Shown here piece by piece: positions 1-8,489 of a stretch of 64,000 nt of DNA. The stretch is from the NCBI GenBank assembly GCA_008690995.1, contig VRMN01000018.1, forward strand, positions 186,001 through 250,000, written 5' to 3'. Under the pieces are notes generated by a model, which ran no database searches, was not told the DNA's origin, and saw nothing but the letters and a program-made list of their open reading frames with translations. Source of the DNA: Porphyridium purpureum (lineage: Eukaryota). Positions within the stretch are counted from its first letter, which is position 1. Every line of letters starts with the position of its first letter. The translations under genes and the position numbers were made by a program.

Positions 1-243
1 CCCATCTCGCTCGCTTCCGCCCTGCATCTGAACGACTTGGCCTTGTTGTGCAGGTGCACACATGATCGTGACCTCCCCGCGATCGCGCATGCGCTGCGCT
101 CCATCTTGCGCAGAATGGTGCATACGCCATGGGCCACGCGAACGAGTCGCAGCCCGCACCCCGCCAAGAAGGTGGCGGTGCGTCTAACCCGCGCCGCCCG
201 CAAGGCGTGGCCGTCGCTTCAATGTCGAAAACTTCTATTTCCT

Positions 244-1434
244 TTATACAGTGTCATGGGAATCAATGTCTGCTTTGCACAGGGGGCAACTCTTGTCGAC
301 GCACAACCACTCGTCGATGCATTTGCTATGAAAGTGATGGCGGCACGGAAGGATTTTGAGACGCTCTGCATCGGCATATGCGCTGAGACAAATGACACAG
401 CTTTGCTCGCTGCCAAACATCTCCGGGGCGGACGTAGCGTTGAACGCTTCGGTGGGCAACGCGGCAATCTGCTCGGCAGACGCACATCTGCCCCGCCGCT
501 GCGCGCGCTCCGCGTATGGAAGCATCAAGCGAATGAACATCGGAAGGCAGCACATGATGAGGCAAAAGCAGAAGAGCGGCAATCCCAGAAGAGAGTAATA
601 AATGATGGTCAGGACCAAGACCAACCGGTACAGGTGTGGGGCAGTCTGTGCGCATGACGCGCCGTCGCTCACCCAAATGCTTCCGATCAGAAACCACGCC
701 AAATAGAGACCGTTTAAGATGCGAATCCACCTCAAGATCAGGTCTGGGTTCACAGATGAGCTCGTCGTCGGGTTGACGTCCGACCCGTACAAGTTTTCGG
801 CCACTGTGGACCACGACGTTGCGCGAGAGAGTTCTGGCGACTGTGCATCAGACGCGAAAGATGCGGGCATGCTCGCGTCCACGGGACCCACGGAGATATT
901 GGAATTCGTGGCGACGCCCATCCCGCCGGCCGTGAACACGACAGAAGGCGCTGTGGACCGAGGTGCCCCTGACGCGTCCTCGCTAATCAGTACAACCCTA
1001 TCCAACGCGCTGCGAGACGCCAGCCCGAGCACGACAGAGCACAGCTGCATTGCCATTAAAACCACCACCCATAGGTGCAGGAACGAATCGCAAGGCTTAT
1101 CCCAATCGATGTACAACACAATATACTCGGCGACAAACTCGAACGAGACGAGAAAGATCGACAGCATGCGCGCCGCCGGGGTCAAATCGCGTCGCATCTG
1201 GCTCGCCACATTCGAACGAAGTTGCACCGGTTGCGGAACACGCGACAGCGCTGCGGAGAGCTGCCGCCCTCGTTCTCCTTCTTCTCCGCTGGTGCGACCT
1301 TGCTCAGGTGCCACCAGCGAGTCGGACCGGTCAGGCGGCAAAGATGAATATCCATCCCCGCCACTCCTCTCCAGGTTCGCAGACGCTCGCATTGGTCGCA
1401 TGGGTGGGTCAAGTGCAGCGTGCGGTGACGCCAT
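244..1434 (-). CDS. Transmembrane RING-H2 E3 ubiquitin ligase
   Basis: C-terminal C3H2C3 RING (CVIC...PCRHHFHSKC...CPLC) preceded by about 4 hydrophobic helices; plant-type TM-RING architecture. First ATG at 1434. Confidence 0.9.
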   Translation of the reverse strand: MASPHAALDPPMRPMRASANLERSGGDGYSSLPPDRSDSLVAPEQGRTSGEEGERGRQLSAALSRVPQPVQLRSNVASQMRRDLTPAARMLSIFLVSFEFVAEYIVLYIDWDKPCDSFLHLWVVVLMAMQLCSVVLGLASRSALDRVVLISEDASGAPRSTAPSVVFTAGGMGVATNSNISVGPVDASMPASFASDAQSPELSRATSWSTVAENLYGSDVNPTTSSSVNPDLILRWIRILNGLYLAWFLIGSIWVSDGASCAQTAPHLYRLVLVLTIIYYSLLGLPLFCFCLIMCCLPMFIRLMLPYAERAQRRGRCASAEQIAALPTEAFNATSAPEMFGSEQSCVICLSAYADAERLKILPCRHHFHSKCIDEWLCVDKSCPLCKADIDSHDTV

Positions 1435-1736
1435 CCTCAATCCACCTCTTCTCACACGCACAATCGGACGCAAGGGCCCTTACTCTCCTTGCTCTCTGCC
1501 TCTTTCTGGCTTCTCTCGCTCCCAGCCCAGCTGCTTTCTTGTTTCTTCCACACCCGCTTACATGCGGTAACGTGCACTGTACCCTATTAAATAACGCTTG
1601 TGTGTGTGTGTGTGTAAACAGGTGGACTAGTAAAGTAGCGTTATTTGTATTTGGTTGAATGCGGAACGCCGAACGTGGTTGCCGCGGTGCGTGACTCGCT
1701 CTGCTCTGGTTGCGTTCCTGCACATAAGCCGGAAGC

Positions 1737-2284
1737 TCACGGCTTGGACACGGCAAATGGGTTCAGCGCACCTAGCTGCTTGCTGTGCGCCATAGTCCGG
1801 ATCTCGTCAATCACCTCTCGCGACATGCGGTGGTCTGGAAAGATGGTTTGTTTGGAACCGTCCTCTGTACCGCAGAAGGGAATCAGAAGTAAACGCAGCC
1901 ACGACGTGCAATTCAGCGGAACCCCATGACAGATCACGCCCGCCAGAAAGGAGAGTTGCAAAAAACAAGGAGCGATCAAGTTAGACGACTGAATCAACAC
2001 CGACCAAATGCGATGGCGCAGGCACTCGCGGCACATGAAGCAAAGTAAAACGTACGGTACTCGATATGGACCCTTGAAGGAACGTACGTGGGGCCGACCA
2101 TGACCTTTACCTCCAACTTTGGGTTCTTCTCCAGCACGGGCCGCGTCTGAAACTGCTTGAGCAATTCGCGCGCCGTTGCCGAGCAATTATTGAAGGGGTT
2201 GAAGGACACTTCGATCTTGCCCAGCACCGCGAAAATGTCGCAGTTCCGCTCGGCCAGCATGAGAGATTTTCGCAGCCTCCCCAT
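1737..2284 (-). CDS. Mitochondrial ribosomal protein mL53-like, two exons: join(2056..2284, 1737..1864), 118 aa
   Basis: Exon 1 (...KIEVSFNPF..SATARELL...NPKLEVKV...PSRVHIEY) joins in frame to exon 2 (QDGSKQTIFPDHRMSREVIDEI) across a GTACGT...CTGAT...TACAG intron. Motif pattern resembles the mL53/MrpL44 family. Confidence 0.7.
1865..2055 (-). other. Spliceosomal intron, 191 nt, phase 1
   Basis: Donor GTACGT at 2055, branch-like CTGAT followed by a pyrimidine run, acceptor TACAG ending at 1865. Removal restores a continuous reading frame. Confidence 0.75.
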
Positions 2285-2473
2285 CGCTGTCTGTTCGATT
2301 CGTCTTGCGACAACGCCCCTCTCTCTGTCTCTCTCACACCCACACAAGCAGTCACGAAAGTGCGCACGCTTCGCAGCGCTAGTAGTCGTCGGTTCCCTTT
2401 TCTTACTTAATCATGCGTAAATCTTAAAATTAGGTTTAAAAAACAGGCGCACATTGTGAGCGTGGCACAAGCG

Positions 2474-4159
2474 CTACCGCTGGGCTGCAGGTGCGCCCTG
2501 CGAGGGCGCACCAAGCGCTCGGAAGAGTATGACGTATACTGACGGGTCATTCTTGGCAATCCCCGCGAGCTCGCTCTCCTCTTTTTCCACGTAGTGCTTG
2601 AGAATTGCCGAGATGACCTTGAGCAACTTTGGCTTCCCCGTGGCCTTGCCCAGCAGCCGGATGAGCAGCTCGATACCCTGCGCATCAATAAAGGCCGCGT
2701 GCGACTTTTTGCTGTTCGTGACTAGCACGTGCACGAGGGCGCACGCAACCAGAAGCACGGAGCTATTTCTGGCCTGCTCGCTCATGGTGGTCACGAGCAC
2801 CTTGATACCAAGGGTCTGTTCCACGTCGAGACGCGAAATATGGTCGCCGACCACAAGGTTGTACAAGGCCAGCAGAGCTTCGAGACACAGCTCGCCGTCA
2901 GAGCAATGAGTCTGCAGCGCCTTGAGGAGCGTCGCGACGGCCTGGTTTGAATACATCGCGCGCTGCACGCTCGGGCACTTGTACGCAAGGTTCCTAAGCG
3001 CGAGGCACGCGCGCATGAGCACAAACCGCGAGTCCGAGTGGACGTTCATGCATTCTAGAATCGCATGAATGCCGTCCTCGTCCACAATATTTTGCCGGTG
3101 CTCGGGGAAAATTACGCCATAGTTGGACAAAAAAGCGCAGCCTTCCGCCTGAACCGAGCCAATTGCCGACAAGGCGTTCATTACGGCCACCACAGAAGTG
3201 AGCCCACGCGCCTCGTGGATTTCCTTTGCAGCATCTGGGAGCAAAAGCAAGTTGACCAACGCCGAAATCGACCGGTCTTGTACTGTCATCTCATTCTCTC
3301 CCGTCGATAGAATGTTGAGCAAAACTTCAACCCCACCGACTTTCAAAATTTGCCGCTGCGCCTCCAAGTCCGAGCCGCCAAGTACGACAAGACTGGTCAA
3401 CAGCGGATCCTGTATGGCAACGTTGTCCGAGTACAGCCGCAACACACGTACAAGATTTTGCAGGCCATTGCGCGCGATAAAGCTTTCCCGGAAGTCGTCA
3501 AAACTGGCCGCGGACATGTACGAAGCCGGCAGCGCGCGGTTGATTTGCGCCATGCGCTGTTCATCAAAACGATTATTTTGCAGGGCGTCCAGAATGTCGT
3601 CCAAGCTCTCTGCCTTGTGCATCACCTTGGACTGGTCCATCTTGTACTGTGTGCTTGATCTCGTGCCCGGTGTGTACAAGCGGTTCCGGGAGGATGAGCG
3701 CACAATGCCGGAGCCCTCCTGTTTCTGACTCTCCGGTCGCCTGTCCGGAAACGCGCGCGGTTTCCTCGGTGACGCGCCACCGCCGGACACTGTTGAGTCT
3801 TCGCGCACGCTGGAGTTGAGAAAAATCTTGGCACCGCCCCGGATGGTTGACTCCTCCATCTCCATTCGCTTGACCGGCGGCGACTTTATCTCCTCCTCGG
3901 CGGCCACCATGCCCATATCCTCACCAGTCTCGCTTAGCGCGCGCAGAATGAACGCCTTGACCGATCCGCTCTTGTGAATCTTGGGACTTTTCGGGCTCTT
4001 GGGGCTTGCAGGCGACGTACTTTGCGCGTGCGCCTGACCCTTTGGCGACAAACTCAGCATGACCATGCCTTCTTCCATCCCGTCCGCCGCCGTCGCTTCC
4101 AGCGGCGGCGACTTGGCCCGCTTATGCTCGGGCGACAACGCGCCTCTTAAGCCTTTCAT
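2474..4159 (-). CDS. Armadillo-repeat protein with disordered Ser/Pro-rich N-terminus
   Basis: 561-aa ORF; tandem ARM-like units (GGVEVLLNIL, GIHAILECM...ACLALRNLA, GIELLIRLL). Confidence 0.85.
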   Translation of the reverse strand: MKGLRGALSPEHKRAKSPPLEATAADGMEEGMVMLSLSPKGQAHAQSTSPASPKSPKSPKIHKSGSVKAFILRALSETGEDMGMVAAEEEIKSPPVKRMEMEESTIRGGAKIFLNSSVREDSTVSGGGASPRKPRAFPDRRPESQKQEGSGIVRSSSRNRLYTPGTRSSTQYKMDQSKVMHKAESLDDILDALQNNRFDEQRMAQINRALPASYMSAASFDDFRESFIARNGLQNLVRVLRLYSDNVAIQDPLLTSLVVLGGSDLEAQRQILKVGGVEVLLNILSTGENEMTVQDRSISALVNLLLLPDAAKEIHEARGLTSVVAVMNALSAIGSVQAEGCAFLSNYGVIFPEHRQNIVDEDGIHAILECMNVHSDSRFVLMRACLALRNLAYKCPSVQRAMYSNQAVATLLKALQTHCSDGELCLEALLALYNLVVGDHISRLDVEQTLGIKVLVTTMSEQARNSSVLLVACALVHVLVTNSKKSHAAFIDAQGIELLIRLLGKATGKPKLLKVISAILKHYVEKEESELAGIAKNDPSVYVILFRALGAPSQGAPAAQR

Positions 4160-4372
4160 TTCTCCCTCGCGCCTGTCTCCCCGTCCTTCTCCTCAAGGCA
4201 CGGTCCCGCGCCCGCACCTGCTTCTCTCTCCAAGCTGCCAGTACACATGTGCACACCCCCCCTGTTCCTTGTTTGCGCCACACCAATTTCCGCCGGGAAG
4301 GTATGCGACATTCAATTTGAACCGAGCCGAGCATTTCGGACGCAGTTCCCGAGCCGCGGCGCATCACGAAGG

Positions 4373-5215
4373 ATGGCGACTCTGCGTACGCCGCCTCCAG
4401 CCGCAGCCGCGGCGGCGGCATTTATGGGCGTCCATGCAATGGAGCCGTGCAGGTCGCACCCAGGGCTACGCAGTCGACAGCGCCCGAATCGTCCGCGCGT
4501 TTTGGTGTGCTGTGCGAAACGGCTTCGTGAGGACGCAGGTCGCGTGGCCAAGTTGGAGAACTTTGTGGAGCGCGCTCGGCAGCGGCGGCGTGAGAGGGCT
4601 TTGAAGCCAAACGAGCGCAGCGTATTGGACCACTTGCAGGAGCTGCACAACCGCCAGGTCGAGCGGCACGACGATGCAGCCTGGTGTGCGACCTTTCCGC
4701 TGGACGAAGCGCAAACGAATCGGCTGAAACAAGTGCTTCGTGCGCCGGCGTTCTGTGAGCGTGTGGCAAAGCAAAGCGGCGCCGATCACGTGCGCTTTGC
4801 CGATCGGGTTGTGTCGTGTGCGCCCGAACCCGGTGCGGCGGGCTGGGTGCTCGACGAAGCGACGTGGGCCGTGCTCGCGTCGCAGTCGCGTTTCACGCTG
4901 GTCGCCATCCCCCCCTTCCTTGTACGGCTGGCTGTTCCAGACATCAAGTGGGACGCGGACGGCCTGTCTCGAGCGCACTACGCGTTGGGAGCGTTGTACG
5001 AGCTACCGTCGTGCGACTACAGCTTGTACATCGACAGTCTGGAGGAGCGAGGCGCCTCGACGCCGGCCGAATTTGCCGAGTTGCGGCGCCGCTTCGAGGC
5101 CGGCTACCTGGACATTGGGAACAGCCTGCGCACTGAAACCGACCACCAGAACTTTGACTGCGAGCACGAGCTGTTTGCCGAAAGCCTGACAGATTGGCTG
5201 GAGCGCTCGACATAA
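4373..5215 (+). CDS. Hypothetical protein, possibly plastid-targeted
   Basis: 280-aa ORF from ATG 4373 with an Ala/Arg/Pro-rich transit-peptide-like N-terminus; no family recognised. Confidence 0.65.
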   Translation: MATLRTPPPAAAAAAAFMGVHAMEPCRSHPGLRSRQRPNRPRVLVCCAKRLREDAGRVAKLENFVERARQRRRERALKPNERSVLDHLQELHNRQVERHDDAAWCATFPLDEAQTNRLKQVLRAPAFCERVAKQSGADHVRFADRVVSCAPEPGAAGWVLDEATWAVLASQSRFTLVAIPPFLVRLAVPDIKWDADGLSRAHYALGALYELPSCDYSLYIDSLEERGASTPAEFAELRRRFEAGYLDIGNSLRTETDHQNFDCEHELFAESLTDWLERST

Positions 5216-5270
5216 AAACCAGCATCCATGGCACCACCAGCACCCATCTACCAGGCCCCCTATCCCTCGG

Positions 5271-5304
<34 letters not shown>

Positions 5305-5310
5305 AACACA
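5271..5310. repeat. (CT)n/(CA)n microsatellite
   Basis: TCTCTCTCTC followed by an ACACAC... run. Confidence 0.9.
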
Positions 5311-6011
5311 CCCCCAGCGGATTGTGACGGCGCTGCGCGTGACCCTATGACAAAGTACAGTATCCATTAAACCCAACTGTACCTCACAAACTCTCTCGCT
5401 CTCTACTCAAACCGCTGCTTTCTTATTCATGCGCATGCCCACCACCGAATTCGGAGCCGCAGCCGCCAGTGACTCGGCTTTCGGTATAAATCTCCATATG
5501 TCAGAAACCCTAAACCGAATAACCACCACCCTTGACCCGAGCGAGCCGCGCGTATTCCTATGATTTAGCCGTGGCAGCCGCAACCACCACCACTACTACC
5601 AACCACACGTGGCGCATACCATATAACTGTACACTACGCACCTCTTCGCACGAACTGTTCGACTAAATCAAGCCGCGCTACTATGTTTTGTTGATGAGAG
5701 AAGAGGAGGGGGGGGGGGGAAGGGGATGATGATTTTTCATGGAGACGATCACCAGAAAACGTGGGTGCAAGCGTCCTATCAAATTCAGCGCGTTTTGGAA
5801 AAAGAAACCGGCACGTGTCTTGTTTGTGAGCAGCTGCGTTTGTTTGGTATTTTGGTGTTTTGGTATTTTGGCACTGCGGTGCGCCGGAAGGACGCGTTGG
5901 TGGTTGGGTGTGTGGAATGAAGTGAATCGAGTGTGGGAGAGATAGGGAGAGCGGGGAGAGGGAGAGAGCGGATTAGAAGAGGGGAAGGGGAAGGGGAGGG
6001 GGGGGGGGAGG

Positions 6012-6038
6012 GTGTGTGTGTGTGTGTGTGTGTGTGTG
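6012..6038. repeat. (GT)n microsatellite just upstream of an ATG
   Basis: About 13 GT units directly visible. Confidence 0.9.
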
Positions 6039-6050
6039 GGAGAGGCAGGG

Positions 6051-8231
6051 ATGGTTCGAGGGGATTCGAGCGCCAGCGATGTGTCGCTGCAGTCGGCGCC
6101 CAAGCTGGGCGGCGCGAGCTCGACGACGTCGTCCCGCTCGGTGTCGCGGCAGAGCTCCTCCGCGAGCGTGAAGAGCTCCGCGTCCAGCACCGTCGCGCCG
6201 CCAAAGATTCAGCCGCCAAAGTCGACTGCTGCCGCGGGCGCGGCAGTGGCGAGGCAGAACTCGCAGGTGCAGAACAGCGCCGAGGTCGTGTCTGGCCCGC
6301 CGCCGCCGATGCGCGATAGCCAGGGGGACCTCGTCTCAAATGTAAAGGCCGCGCCAAGGCCGGGCGGCTCGCAGGCGAGCTCCAAGAACGTCTCGCGCTC
6401 GAACTCGCAGCAGAGCAGCCGCGCGGTATCGCGGCAGAACTCGAGCGCGTCGCAGCAGGCCGCGCGCTCGGGCACAGGGAGTCGTCAGCTGTCGAGGCAA
6501 AACTCAAATGCATCGCAGCAGGGCGCGGCGTCGGGCATGCCGCCCCGCTCCAAGAGCCAGATGGCCGCGAGTGCCGCGGCTGCCACGGCGGGCACGAGCG
6601 TGATCGAGAATGAACAGAGAGTGATGGGCGGCGCAGACCTGTCGAAGTCGAAGAGCCAACGCGAGCGCAAGATTCAAATGGGCATGGAGTGGAACGAGGA
6701 AGACCAGGAGTGGATGTTCATTCCGCGCCAGGCAAGCTACCAGGTGAACCAAGAGTTGGACGACATTATTCTCATGGTGAAGAAGGGCGAGATAGACGTG
6801 TCTGAGGACGCGCGCCGCCCTTCGGTCATACGTATGGACTCGACAGCGTCTTCCATCACGTCTGGGCCCCGCCCGTCGATGGACCGACGCAAGGTGCATC
6901 TGCCCGACTTCATTGCCGGAAGCGGGCGCCCGATGATTCCCTTTGCCTCTTACGGAGAAAAGTGGCCGCTCGACGTGTTCTCTCTTGCACATAATGGCAT
7001 TCGCAAGGAGCTCCAGGACTGCTACGAGATCATGATGTACTTTGAGATCAATTGGAAGGAGGCGCTCGATGATGAGGTTCGCCGTTTCTTTGCGTGGTGG
7101 GATATCTTTTTCCAGTTTGTGCTTCACTACTTTGAGGCCGAGGAGCAGGTGCTGTTCCCGTGGTTGCTGGAGAAGGCCTTTTTACCGGATCCATTCCTGG
7201 AAGGGCCACGCAACGATCGCAAGTACAAAATGGCAAGAGTCCTGAAAGGCATCGCAAACTCTGAAAGGACTTTTATGAAGAAGGAAATGCGCTCGGAGCT
7301 GGTGACAAGCCTGAAGTATTCGGTGGATCGGTTGTCGGTCATGATCCTGGATTACTTTGGCGAGCAGGAGATAATCCTGCCTCCAATTGTGTTTAAGAAT
7401 TTCACGCTTGAGGACAAGAAGCAGTACGATAAGAAGCTGGTGGACTTTTTCCTCAAGTGCCCGCAGTCTGGGATGGACATTATCATGCTGTCGCGTTGGC
7501 AGTTGGGCTGGGAAAATCACGACTCGAGTAAGAGAAAACAGCGCGAGTTGAACGAGCGCGCGGTGCAGGAGTGGAGGTACGATAACCTGCACCACTTTAA
7601 GTGGGCGTCGTATGCGCTGTGGGAAAAGTCGTACTTTGAAAAGCAGGTGAAAACGGTCATGTACTTTCGAGATCAGAGGGCGATTGCCCAGAAGCGGCTT
7701 GATATGGAAGCCATGGCCATTGCAAATAGCAAGCGAGGCAAGAACGTGCGGTGGAACGCGGAGGTGCAGTCGATGACGATCACACCGCGCAATGTGAACG
7801 GAAGCCAGCACGGCACGCCAGTGACCACACCGAGAACCCAGCAGTCCTTCGCGAGGACCAAGAGCGACGACGCCCGCATGCCTTCGAATCTGACTGTCGT
7901 GCCAGGCGGACCCAGCTCGGTGTACGCGCCATCGCGCGGGGTGTCGACCATGACCACGGCATCCGGTAAGCACCAGCCCGTCAAAGAAAGCAGGATTCCC
8001 TACCAGCTGGAACCAAAGAACCAGGCCATCTTCTTAAACATGGACGACGCGCTCGAGTCACGCAAGGGCAGCACGGTCAAGAGTGTGAACTCGGCGGCGT
8101 CCAGTCGCAAGTCTTCGTTCAAGTCGGGCGCCTCGTCAGCCGCGTCGTCTCGGCGCGCGTCCAGTGTAGGCCCATCTTCGCGCGCCGCGTCGTCACACTG
8201 GTCGGAGTTTGAGTTTGAGGACGCTTACTGA
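6051..8231 (+). CDS. Hemerythrin-like (HHE) domain protein with Ser-rich disordered termini
   Basis: Central helical domain with AHNGIRKEL...LHYFEAEEQVLFPWL...LDYFGEQEIILPP, the spacing pattern of HHE cation-binding domains. ATG at 6051. Confidence 0.7.
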   Translation: MVRGDSSASDVSLQSAPKLGGASSTTSSRSVSRQSSSASVKSSASSTVAPPKIQPPKSTAAAGAAVARQNSQVQNSAEVVSGPPPPMRDSQGDLVSNVKAAPRPGGSQASSKNVSRSNSQQSSRAVSRQNSSASQQAARSGTGSRQLSRQNSNASQQGAASGMPPRSKSQMAASAAAATAGTSVIENEQRVMGGADLSKSKSQRERKIQMGMEWNEEDQEWMFIPRQASYQVNQELDDIILMVKKGEIDVSEDARRPSVIRMDSTASSITSGPRPSMDRRKVHLPDFIAGSGRPMIPFASYGEKWPLDVFSLAHNGIRKELQDCYEIMMYFEINWKEALDDEVRRFFAWWDIFFQFVLHYFEAEEQVLFPWLLEKAFLPDPFLEGPRNDRKYKMARVLKGIANSERTFMKKEMRSELVTSLKYSVDRLSVMILDYFGEQEIILPPIVFKNFTLEDKKQYDKKLVDFFLKCPQSGMDIIMLSRWQLGWENHDSSKRKQRELNERAVQEWRYDNLHHFKWASYALWEKSYFEKQVKTVMYFRDQRAIAQKRLDMEAMAIANSKRGKNVRWNAEVQSMTITPRNVNGSQHGTPVTTPRTQQSFARTKSDDARMPSNLTVVPGGPSSVYAPSRGVSTMTTASGKHQPVKESRIPYQLEPKNQAIFLNMDDALESRKGSTVKSVNSAASSRKSSFKSGASSAASSRRASSVGPSSRAASSHWSEFEFEDAY

Positions 8232-8489
8232 TTTGGACAGAGATTTTTCGCAGTGCAGCTGGTGGCTAGTCTTCTGAGATTTTCGTATATTAATTTTTTT
8301 TTTTTTTTTTTTAATCTTTCCCTCTTAAAGCGACGGCTTTGGGACCGCTGGCGTCTCGAAGACAAGGCGCTAGGTGTGCATGATGCTCGACGAGCTCGCT
8401 GTACAGGTCGCACGCGCAGTAGGCGTGTCTATCTAATTTCATTCTTTTCACGAGTGGTTACTCGTTTTGTTTCCACGGCGCACTCCACT

